A DNA stretch of 64,000 nt from NCBI GenBank assembly GCA_051294375.1, contig CM119266.1:21643875-21707874 (forward strand). Direction: 5' to 3'. This DNA is from Paraspadella gotoi (Eukaryota; Animalia; Chaetognatha). Numbering within the stretch: the stretch's first letter is position 1; every line of letters starts with the position of its first letter. The position numbers and the translations under genes are program-made. Under the pieces are notes generated by a model. The model ran no database searches and was not told the DNA's origin. It worked only from the letters and a program-made list of their open reading frames with translations. Below are positions 38,101-50,687 of this stretch, in pieces.

Positions 38101-41100
38101 AATAATAATTTTTTTAGGTTCAACCCGTGATATAGGCAGCGCGTTAACTCGTTTATGCATGCGGCATCGAAATTTGGAAGCGAAGTTGAAGCAATTTTCC
38201 AGGTTTCACCTCTAATGCTGTCATCTTTGGCCTATATTTTTTCAGAAAGCCTTATTTTTTCGTGACGGATTCGCTTTGTTTTTTGTTTTCTTACATTTCA
38301 GCTATATTTAGAATATTATACGGATTTCAAATGGGAGTGAAATAAATGGATCAAATACTGTGGCTAAATTATTTGTTATAGCAACTTACAGATATAATTC
38401 ACTCTGGGTAGAGAAATCGGCGCCTGTTTTTTTTATTTTTCAACTACCAGTAGTCCAGCTTGATTACTTTCTTAGTTATGTACTCATCAATGGCAAGGTC
38501 GAATTTCAAAAAGCAATTTTTTTGCATTTGAATAAGACCTTCCTGTTATAAGATATATTTTTATGAAAAAAATTGTTTGAAAATGTTGGTTCATCTTACA
38601 AATAGACAAATCTAGCAATCAGAATGTCAAAAACTTTTTCACAACCACAATGACAGCCGTTTTCATTTTATAGGTTTTCTAGTTAAGATTATTTTCGTAT
38701 AAATTTTTTTTACGAGTTTAAAATTGAACTACGTATCAAATAAAGAGGGGAGAAATATCGCAAAAAAGCTACCGGAAAGCAAGTGCACCACTTGTTATGA
38801 TGTTATTTGGGACCTTTGGGTTGGGAGGCGAATAACTTGCCTCCGGCACCAATGGCCGCTGATGAACAGTTGGTGGATTTTAGTCCAATTTTCTTACTAA
38901 TGAAATGAACAAATATTAATCACATTCAGTCAGTTAAGTTATAATAATTCTTTTCATTTCACTCCCCTTTGAAATCCGTGTATTAACCCATAATCGAATC
39001 TAAACTTAAAAGCCGTTAAACCATTTATTCAAACAGCTCAATCATGGACTGCTTAGTGGGCCCTTTGCAAGAAAAGATTCCCGATTGGCGTGCGGCGGCT
39101 CTGCAAATGGACAAAGATCACTCCAAGGACTACAAACGACTTCGCGCGGACATTAAACGCGTCGCCGGCGACACTTCTCGTCTGGAAAAAAAGTTTAAAA
39201 AATCCGGTGGGTTTAGATTGATCATATCCGACTTATTAGCCACCGAGCCTTATATTAATTATTCATTCGTTGTAAACGATGGGATTCTGTAATGTTTGTG
39301 TACTTTTACGTTTATTCTACAGGAAAGGGAGACGTGTCGAAAAAGTTGGAGACGAGTCGACAAGACGTCCTCGGAAAATACTCAATCCTCGAGGAGAATG
39401 AAAAAGCTGCTGTGAGGCAGGCTATGGTCGAGGAAAGGAGCCGATTCTGTCTCTTCGTTTCCTTTTTAAAGCCGGTCTTGGTAAATATGCGCCGTCAGCG
39501 AGTTCGTCTGCGTGTAATCGAAACTACTCTTGATAGCGGATACTGATACTCTTGATTCTATTTACGACATTGGACGTTTGACCAAGGATTCCAAATAAGA
39601 ACTTACATTATGGAAATGGCTGACACAATATATTTTCCGCTTTTTAGGACGAGGAGGTCTCCATGATCACGGAGATCACGCATTTGCAGGAAATTGTAGA
39701 ATTCTTGTGCAAAAACTCTACCGATCCGTTCACCCTGCCGAAATCATCGGAGCAAGTCATCCACGATACGATGGGGCAAGAGTCGACAGTTTGGGCGCCG
39801 CTTCATGTGAGTACGAAACCCCTTGCCCGCGCCCCTGAGAAATTCTTTTGGCTTCGTTCGTGACGCTTTTCACGTCAGCGTGTTCTCTTTCGACTGGTTT
39901 TATCGAATGGGGTTATCTCCGATCCATCCTCGCTTCCTATCGATGTTGTGAATCAACGATTTTAATTTCGATCTCTTGGCCGAAATAGGTTAACTGGACT
40001 TGGACTAGTCTTCTCCATTTCTCTTTTCCTTCGCGTTATTTCCGCTGCTTTTTCTCCGTATTTTGTCTCCCCGATGGAGTCTTTTCCTCCTTTTTTATAC
40101 TTCTGTAATATGTACTTATCTCCCCATTGCCAGTGTCCTCGTTCTTTGCCTCTCCACTTGCCTCTTTTTCATTTAACCTTTCTAGATTCCCCCTTCCCAC
40201 CTTTTTCTTCGCGATTTTCAACTCTATTCTTTTTTGTCAAAAATTCTTTTTGTTTGCGCTTTTTCATTTAATTATCTTCTTTTGTTCTGCTATGATTTTC
40301 TTTCTTTTTCTAATCCCACCCCGTTTTTCTTTTTCTCCCCTCACCCTTCATTTTTTTCGTTTTCTCTCACTCTCTCTCTCGCATACGTAGTCAATTTCTT
40401 CTTTAAATCTCGGCTGCTCTTCACTTTTAGTTTTACCTTGAATCAAACAAAAACCACAGGAACGAAAACGCCTTTTTTTCCCCGAAAAAAATCCACGTGG
40501 AATCCTCATCGAGATTTACATTTAATTAATAATAATGGAAACTAAGAAAATGGTCCGTTTCGATTTACCAATGCAACAAAAAGCGGAAATTTTCTGCGCC
40601 AAACATCGAGAGAATTTAAATCGTAAATTGAAATTTACCCAATCGCGGTCGTCGGCGAAAATTTTGGCTCGACCCTCGGAATTACAGGCGACTGGCGGGT
40701 TTTGCCCCCTGCACTCTTTTGCGTCAGATTTCTCCGTGCAAAGTTTAAACGCCGAAGCTGAAGCGGGTTATGCACGATTTTCTTCCAATAGGGAAACTTT
40801 TTGCCCTCATCACGGGCCCGTGGCTAACGAGAGGTGCAGTTGCCTTTAAACGTTTTAAAGTTTTGATAATTACTTTAACTTTTAAAGATGAATATATTTT
40901 CCAATTAAAAATCTTTTCAGTGTACGAAACATTTTCCGTTCGATGTCGCTGTCACCCGCGTTGACGCGACGATCGAAACCCTCGCGTGTTCATTGCAAGG
41001 ACGATGCGTCTAATAATCACGTCCGAACAAATTACACGCCTCCGTTGGCCAATCGGGATCAGGAAAATCCCAAACCGTGTTTCGGTCATTTGAGGAGCGA

Positions 41101-44100
41101 GATTGAAAGGCAGAGCAGTTGCGGGCCTGCTTTCAATCATTACTGCGACTCACGGACCATTCTTGAAAGAGCGACTGGTTCGAGGGAAGTTGTTCCCGAA
41201 TCTGTCGACCATCCCTACTTTCTCCCGCAACGCCCACGCGTTTGCTTTCCTTATACGCGTCTGGTAATTCGAGCGCCCCGTAAATGGAAAAAAACTTTCT
41301 CATCATAATAGTTATAATTCAGTTTCTCTACTAATAATAAATCTTAAGTCATCAATGCTTTGTCATCTCTTTGGCAGTCGACCCCTCCGTCCTCGCCCTC
41401 CTCCCTGGGATCGCGAAAGAGTTCCGTCTGCTCCATTTCTTCCTTCAATTCCATCTCATCTGGAAGCACCACTGGTAAAGCAATAGCAATATTCTGATAA
41501 AATATAATAAATTACGTAGATTTTTTTTTTTTTCATTCCTCCCAGGCACCGGTAGTGGGATGGGTATGATGGGGCCACCTCATAACGGCTACCCCACGTC
41601 CCCCAAGGCCCACCCTTCCGCGAGCGTCACGTCGGCGCAAGTTGGGGCCAACACCTCATCGGCGCCCGTTTCTCGCAGAAACAATTCCCTGGTTAGTTTT
41701 TTTTCTCTAACGCAATTTGAAGTTTAATCCTCATAGTGCATTCTCGTAGTTGTAACTTTATTTTCGTCGCCTCTCAATAATCTTTCTCTCGATATAATTA
41801 AATCTATTCCGTATATTTTCACCCTTCCCAATTTGGTTTAAACCCTTGAACTTTTCTATATCAACCCATCCCTCGATCGCACACATGCGCTCCAATTACC
41901 TAAAACCCTTTTTCGGCGCCCCATTGTCGTTGTGTCTGCGAACCCGACGGGGTGGTCCTTCCCTGACCCCGCGCAGCCTCTGCCGCCGGCGTCCCTTCGA
42001 CTCTCTTCCATTTCATCGCAGGATTCCGGTTTCACCTCCCAAGACACGCTCTTCCTAAAACCCCAAGGCCTCGCGTCTCCAAGCAATTCGAAACAGGTGA
42101 AAGGAGAAGAGGATCGAGATTGCCTCGCACACCACGCTCGCTCACTTCCCCACTCTCGTCGCCTTTCGATCGCTCTCAACGGCACTCGAATTTTTTAAAG
42201 CCTCACTTCCCCTCTCCTCCTCCTCCCCTCACCGGCTTGGACCCCGAAGGGTTTTTTGGGTACCGGGGATCCTAGAAAATCAATCCTCGATCCTACATCT
42301 AAAGTTTTTATTTTTGTTATTCCTTCCTGCCCGCATGGATTTCATAAATAATTTTTCAACTCCTCTTCCCCCCTCCCTCCACACATATAAAATTTCACTC
42401 ACAATCCTTTGCATGCTATTTTTTAAATCTTATTTCATTTTTAATCTTTGCACGATTTTATCGTTTTGGTCTTTTGCCAAAGGAGTATGCCCCTCGGGTT
42501 CTCAGCACTTTTCTCCCCGCGCCCGAGGAGCCTCCGCCACCGATACCCCCGATTCCCTCGTCGGTTTCCATCGTCGAAAGGTTTTCCAAGTTACACGTTT
42601 CAAAAGATCACACGACCCCGTCCCCACCTCCGCCTCTGTCATTGACCACATCGATTCCCCCAAGTCCTCGACCGAACAGGAGACGCCTCCTCGGCCCACC
42701 GCCTAGTCCCCCCAGCGTTCCACCTCCGACCACCCCCGAGTCTTTGCCGCATTCACCTTCCACCCCCCATTATCAATCGCCCTCGAGCCCGCCACGGATG
42801 CGAGCCTTTCCACTCAACACATTCGCAGCAGATCCTCGGCCTTGGCCGGGAAAAAATGAAAATATATACAGATCATCGGCTCCGCCTCCTTCGCCGCCAC
42901 CACCGCCCCCGCCACCACCACCGCAACATTTATATACACATTCTCAAAGTTTTCAGACATCTCTGGGCGGTTATGCTTTGCCTCAGGTAGCATTACATGA
43001 TCCTGTTGAAAGGCTTTCGCGTCTGCGGTGATTTCATTAAGTTCCCGTTCCAGTTTCTTTTTGTTTTAGAACTTTTTTTAACCGAATTAATAATCTGACC
43101 TGCGATGGGGGGAACTCGACTAAATTAGTACCAAATATTTCTAAAACTATGCTGTCGTCGAGGAAAGTTGCCTCCGTCGCATTAATTTATTTTGAAACAT
43201 TTTCTGCTTTTCAATTAATCACTTTCAAATTTATTATAATGATATTATAATTTTGAAATCTTCTTTCATAATTTTTTTTTGTCTATCCAGCCGCCGGTTA
43301 TACCAGCGAACGCTCTCTCGACGGAAGACGCGACTTCGACAAAGGCGTCAGCGCCCTCTTCTCCGTCATCTCCCTCCTCCTCGAACTCTTCCTCCCCTCC
43401 CTCCCCTCAATCTGGGGGAGGCGAAAACGGAGGAGGAGGAGGAGGAAAGCCATTCGTATCCGATGCCGCTCACGTTGTCGAAAGTAAGAGCGCTCCTTCT
43501 AACCTTTCATCTTCCATTCGCATTCAAAAGGGGAAGAGGGTAAACTTTGTTTCGCCCTCTCTCGCAGGCGCAGCTCCCGTTTCTGTCTCTCAGTCGTGTC
43601 GTCCTTTTTCGGACGACGGTTACAACAGCGGAAGTCGTTTGTCTAAGAGTCGTAACGGCGGGACCCATGGTGAGTAGCGGGGTTTCTTATCGAAAATAGT
43701 CTGAATGCCGCCGTCTTAGGAGACGCTGTTAGATAAGACTCTAAGAGGAATCACTTGCTATAAAAGTGGCTGCTCGGTGCTCACCTGTCAATTTTTTATG
43801 CGTACTCACGGAGAACTTTCTCTTTTTTGATCAAAACCCTTAAACCACTTCACACCGCCGAATTTTTCGCTCCCGCCCCTTTTTTTTGCCCCCTTCCCTT
43901 GTTTCATCGCCTCACTACCCTCGCCCATATTAAAACTATTTTTTATCATCTTTGGTCACGCTTTTTTTTTATTTGACCCCCTCATCCATTTCTTTTTCAT
44001 TTTCTTCACCGTTAACTTGATGCTTGTTCGAATTCCACCACGGTAAAACTGTAGTGACAAACGGAAATGCTACCCCGCCGACCTCGCCAATGAACCGCCC

Positions 44101-47100
44101 CGTTTCCGTCGCCGCTTATCCATCTTCGCCGATAACCCGACCTCTTTCCGTCGTCGCCGCTCCAGCGATGATGCGCCCTCTATCCGTCGCCGCTTCTCCA
44201 GGGACGATGCGCCCTCTATCCGTTGCCGCTTCTCCAGCGACTATGCGCCCTTATTCCGTCGCTGCTTCGCCAGCCTCGCCGTTAACTCGACCTCTCTCCA
44301 TCGCCGCTCCACCGACCTCGCCCCTCTCGGTCCCCGCTTCTCACGCCTCATCGCCCGTCGTTCCCCGCCACCGGTCTTCCGTGACAACTTCGTCGATAGA
44401 TCATCGTCGCGCTTCCAATCCTGTTTTCGGCCACGCTCTCCTTTCCGATCGTCAGCTCAACCAATCCATGATCTTCCTGCCGAACGATGCCTCTTCTGAA
44501 GTCGTTTACGCTCCGATGAATCGTTCGATGATCGCCTTGCAATCGCTCATCGACGACGACGATGTCAGCCACGAAGATTTTGCCGAGTACTGCAGCCTCG
44601 ACGCGACGACGGCCGTCACTCCGACGAATGAGTCGATGATGAGTTCTTTTGCTTTGGAAGACATCATGGTTTTGGACGACGGAGTTTACGCTCTGCCCAA
44701 CCGACGACCCTCGTCGTCGATCTACTCGTCGCCAGCAACTCCGCGAGGGTCACAGCTCGGGCTTAATCTCGGATCTCCCATGCATCACCACGTCTCGGCG
44801 GATTCTTCGCCGATTCGTCAATCGTCTAACAACCACTACGAAACAGTCATTCCGCTTTCTCATTCTTTCTCCCCGCTAATCGCTGACCCAAGGTTTATAA
44901 ATGGTATGTTCTTATCCTTTTTTTCTTTCATCTCTCTCATTTCCTTGGCACACCTGTTGATTTTCGTCTCCGTACCTTCTTTTCCCCAATGCAAATTTGT
45001 TTTCGTGTCATATATACCCCGTCGTCATTCAACAAATACTGATAGATAACTAAGTTTTTATTCGTTCCACCGCGAATTCTCGCGGATTAACTCTATAGGT
45101 CGGTTGGTTTATCCGTTAATCTGTTTTATTTTTAATTTGAGTAATAATATATTATTTTAATTAATATGTAGTGGTAAGGTATTATAAGATATTTTGGTAA
45201 ATGACTTGGCAGGAATTTAAACAAGAAAATAAGAAGACGTTTCACGAATTTATTTACAATATGAAATGATCAAAATCATTTTCAGAGAGAAAAACGACAA
45301 TAACAAAAAGAGAAAAGACAATAGTAAAAATAACAATGAGTCGAAACGAATCTAGTGGTCAGTTAACTATTTGACCTTAAGTCGTAAGTCACGATTTAGG
45401 TAAGTTTAAGAGTCGTTAAGGTTGTTGTCGTTGTTGTTGTCACCAAAATATATAATAAGTTTTATACTTGTCTAGATGTATAGTTATGTGATCAGCAGAA
45501 AAAGCTTATAATAACAATTTTTTTTAATTAATATTTAGCAGAAAAGTAAATTATTATCGAATACATGTTATGTATATATTTTATATTTATATAATTATAT
45601 TATAGAAATATAATTTTTTATGTAATATTTATTTTAATTTATACTTAAATATTGGTTATAGATATATTTTATTTTTTATTATTTGAAAATATATAAGAAA
45701 GTTACTTCGGCGCAGCATACTGAACTTGCCGGTTATTGTTTTCAGTGTCACCATATTATAATTGCAGGCTATCCACAGAATTTGAATTCTGTTTGCACCA
45801 CATATGTATGGTGATAAAAGGGCGTGTCTGCTGTTTTATTATTCTGTTAACGTGCTCTTACTGCCATTTAAATCATGGGGTATAAATGAATTACGTAAGC
45901 AAATATGCACATCACTGTCAACTTTCCAAAGTTTCCGACTTCAAAATCACCTTTTCCTAAAAACAATCATCTTTTTTATTCGATGTTGTGCATGACCGAA
46001 AAAAAATCCTCAGTCTCAGACGAATCTCTTTTATAAATCTCGATTGCACAGTGCTTCTTCCAACATCACAAGAACTTGTAGATTTTTTTTAAATAAAGCA
46101 GTCCATGTTTTAGTTACGCACGCCACCGGAAAATCAATGTTTTTCACTCTAACTTTCGGTGATGTTAGTTGGACCGCGATCAATCCATCTTTCTCTCATT
46201 GTGCAGGAACCGATGCAGCGACCACGACGCCGCTACCGGCGCCTCAGTCTTCGACTCCGATGGGTTTTCCTCGGCGAGGAAGCACAGTCTCGATGCCTGG
46301 TGGAGATTTTGACCCTGGTAACAGCCTTTTTGATTATTCATTATTCGAAAGTTGACGAAAGCTAAAATTCCAGTGGTTTAACTTAATACTTTTATTCAAT
46401 TGTTTCAATTAACCTGAACAACGCCAACAGGACATCATTACCACAGTGGTCAACACAAACCCCCAATTCCGGATAAGCCCCCAATGATTGCTCGCAAGCC
46501 TTCGTTGAAGCCGACGCTGAAAAACACCGAGTCGTTCCAGTCCCCATTGATGGCCTCTCTTTCGACCGTTACCTCTAGCGTTCCCGATTTTAACCAAGTT
46601 GCTCCAAATCAGGTATGTTTTGTGACGTTCAATTTAAATAATTGCGTTAACCATTAAATCAAGGATTTTACCTTTTTTGCAGTTGATACCCCAACCAGTT
46701 TATCCCTCAACTTTGGACGACCCGCCGGTTCCTAACGATCCCTATGCTACTCTTAAGGTAAAATGGAGACCTCGCATATCTTTTAAGTAAGTGGTACATT
46801 TTTGACTGGAAACGAAAACTGTACCCGACCTTGCCTTTTGTAATGAGCGGATTTCCTTTCGGTCACGGTCGCTTCATCATCTCGTGTCATGTGAATTCTG
46901 AGGCACGGTCGAGGTCGATCTTTTCGTCACGCGATTTTTCTTTGCTCGATCAATACAAGCGCACTTTACTTCCTTAGTCGGAAATAAATACCAATTTTTT
47001 ATATGAGGATTCTAATGTTTGTTAAGATTTTAATTTCATTATCATTAAAAAAGGAAAATCATATAATATAATCTAATACTTAAGGGGGTGGTCTTTTCAT

Positions 47101-50100
47101 ACAATTGAAACATTCTTTGAAATATTATACCACTTAATTAATAATAGGGAAGCCAGGTGCTCTGGGAGTGAATAAGCGAGACTGTGTGAGTCTTGATTAA
47201 AAGCTTGTAGGGACCTGCTATGTCATCATCTTGTAAGAGTGATTTAGGCCTTAAACCACCAAAGTCAGGGGCAAGATAGCTTATTTATGAAATGAATGGA
47301 TAATTTTTTTAATATTTTTTTATCTCGCCAGACGGGCTAAAGCCCAACTTAAGCGAGATGTAAGTTCACTTTGCTTCTTTGTGACCGTCATTGAATGACT
47401 ATCATCGCATCAATTTTTGGTTATTATCGCATCAATAATTGGTTATCACATCAATAATTTGTTATCATCGCATCAATAATCAATTACTATTACATAAATC
47501 AATTATTATTATATTAATCAATTACTATCACATCAATCATTAGTTTTTTTCCGTATTTTTTAATTAATTTTCTTTGATAATAACGTCTGGCGAGATAACC
47601 ACATTTTTTTTTTGTTTCATAAAACAAAAAACAAATATGCGAGAATAAAATCAAAAACGAATTTGCTGAACTTTAAAAAATAACAAAATGAATTTTTTCA
47701 TTGCCATAAACGTGGTTATCTTGTTAATTATACGTATATTCATAAAATTCAGTTTGAAAATAAAACATTTTTTCCTAATATCTTCAAAGAGTGTCAGGAC
47801 TTTGTGTCTAGCTTCCTCTTCGAAAAATGCAAACAAAAAATTCAAAATTCATGTCAACTACAACTTCTGAAACTTTGACGGACTAACTCTTCAGGATCAT
47901 TTTTTTTTCACCCGTCTGGTAACTATGGGCTGCTGTTTAGCTTCAGTGTCTGATGTTGAGGTAACAACAAACATCTCTTCCGATGGGGTCGTTGACATTA
48001 CTCGAAAAGAAGACGATGTTTCCAGCGCCTCTTCGGCTAAAAAAGGCGTGACGTTTGACGGCTGTCAATCTAGCGAAGTCGATACTAAGAAGGCCGAGGC
48101 AATGCAGTCCTGGACTTCGCGAAGCGCCATTCACGTCATCACCTCCACCAACATTCGTTTTTCCAGGCCAAATTTTTTGGGCCGAAATAAAGGCGAGATT
48201 TTTTTCCCGTGAAACTCTTGGATTTAAAGTTTTAACTTTCTTTGCCCAAGTTGCGCTCGTGTGGAGAATCGAGTAGTTTTCTTTTCTTTTTTTTACCATA
48301 AGTTCGTTCGGTGGAGATCAACGTGATCGAACCTTCTTCCGAAGTCGAACTGTCGGAGGCGAATGTGTTTACCCCGGAATTTCTGGGACCCCATGTCTAC
48401 CTTAGACCCGGAACGTCGCTTAACAAACATCATCTCAAGGCGCTACATCGGGCGCCGCTCAAACGTTGTAGGCGTAAACAAATGATGGATGTCGAGGCCA
48501 AGCAAAGCCCTTTTCAACCATACGGAGCATGACTTATGACGGAGAGATTCCTTTTCGAAACTTTATTTCCCTTTGCTATGAATTTATATTTTCTTAATTT
48601 ATAGTGATTTCACATTGGCCTTTTACGGAGTTATAAAATGTTGACGTTTCCCAAAATCGTTGTCGCCGTTGTGAGTTGGATACTATGTTGAATTTCATGC
48701 GAGTAATATTTAAATCTAATATTTATTACATTAAAGTTTGTCCAGTCGAAAAAAAAATATATTCAAGTTGGTTTCACTGATAATTATGGTATTATGGCAA
48801 CCGCCGGGTTGGCTTTACGGGCTGCCGACGCCTCCTATCACTGGCGCGGTTTCCCTAGGACGGTCTCGCTTTGCCAACGCAGAGGGAAGTCTCTAGGACT
48901 GTGGAATGTGGATGGAATGTAACGCTTGGGATGGTGCGTTCCCCCTCTGAGCCAATGGGATTGACTGAACGATTGTGGATTTGAGGCGGTGTGTATTTAC
49001 CGCCACAATATTCCCTTTTAACCGTCTAGCCCGCGATTCGTGGATCGTCTAAAAGAAACCTACGGAAACAACTAGAAGAAGACGATCGCGGATTTAAACC
49101 CTTACAACAGCCTCAGTCCTATCAGCAGCAACAGCAGCACCACGACCACCCATCCGATTTGCTGACGAAGTGCGACTCTCAAACGGACTTGACCGAAGCG
49201 CTCAATCGAAGTCTCATGATGGCGACGCAGGCGATGGAGGAACTCTCAGCTATGACAGCCAATGAACTTCAAGACGATCAGCAACAGTTAAACCAACAGA
49301 GGTGATCCAATGATCCATGGCATTTAAACTCTTTTTGTACGAGTTGTAGAGAGAGAGAGAAAGAGATAATTGGGAATTCGTTTCCTCCAGAGTCGCTTCG
49401 ACCTCATCTCAATCGGGGATCTACGAAAGGAGCGTCGCCCGATCAGGTGAATGAATGGTACAATTTTGACTTCGCCGACTAGAAACTACCGAGTCGGTTA
49501 TTTTTTTTTTTACTCGGATATAACATTATTTTTTTATGTTAGGAATTATGGGTGGTTAGTAGTAGTTAAAGGTACCTAAGGGTAGGGGTTAGTGATGATT
49601 AGGGGTAGTTTTGATTAACAGTAATTATGGTTAGGGGTGGTTAATATTTAGGGTGTTGATTGTTTTTTGAAAAAGTTTTTGTATTTTTAGTTTTTTTTCT
49701 TTTTTGCGTAATGAAATTTCTATACATACACGGATTTCAATTATAGCAACTTCAGATTTTGCACCCTTGTAAAAAAATCGCTGACGTTTTTTCTTTTCCA
49801 ACTTCCAGTTGTCCAGCTTGCTTACTTTCTTACACATATAGACAATTAGACATTGGAGTATGTGTCTGAGCAATCTGAATGTCAAAAGCTTATTCACAAC
49901 CACAATAACAGCCTTTTTCATTTTTTAGTTTTTCGAGTTAAAACTTAGAAAATAAAAATTTCAGCATTAAAAAAAACTGCAAAAGAATAATGATATGGCG
50001 ATAGCCTGTTACCTAACTAAACCTTGAAATATATTAATAAGAGTTTTTTGCTTGCTCCCAAGACATTATACTAACAAATGAATATAAAAGAATTTAAAAT

Positions 50101-50654
50101 ATTATTCTCAATTTTTTTCACAATGAGTTTAAAATTGAATTATCAAATAAGAGGGGAAAAATGTTTTTAAAAAAGCTGCTGGAAGGCAAGCGCACCAGTT
50201 GCTATGATGTAAAGCATTACCAATTTGCTTTATAGGAACAAGGAATTTTCCAACTATGGAATGAACAATTATTATTCACAGTCAGTCAGTAAAGAGTGAT
50301 AACAACTCTTTTCTTTTCACTCCCATTTGAAAACCGTATATATTGTTGCTCGAAAAAAGCGGGAAAGAAATTACCGACTGGAAAATCTAAAATTTTGCCG
50401 ATTGAATTTCGTATAAAATTGATGAAAGTATCTAATCCATTTCTTTTTGTTTCTCAGGAGCGACTCCGTCCCCGACGCCCTCCACGTCTTCCTTGCGACG
50501 AAACTCGAGCGTGAGCGGGAGTCGACCGCCTCCGCCGGTCAGGCGATCTTCCTCGCTCTCCACCGCCGCCGCCGCCGCCGACATTGCCGTCGTGCAACAG
50601 GTTGGGTCGGAACTGGGAAGGGCCGATGATTAATTGGCAGTTTTTAAAAATTTG

Positions 50655-50687
<33 letters not shown>

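Noticed and set aside
38805-38900. Possible hammerhead or HDV-like ribozyme (CTGATGA; GCC-TCC-GGC)
   Set aside because: No GAAA at a stem II boundary, and the HDV L3 loop would be only 3 nt.
47400-47540. CRISPR-like repeat array
   Set aside because: Eukaryotic context, degenerate tandem units without unique spacers, and no cas genes.
48795-48870. HDV-like ribozyme in the dispersed element (CGCC-TCCTATCACT-GGCG)
   Set aside because: No GG for P1.1 after a P1 3' strand, and no convincing P2.
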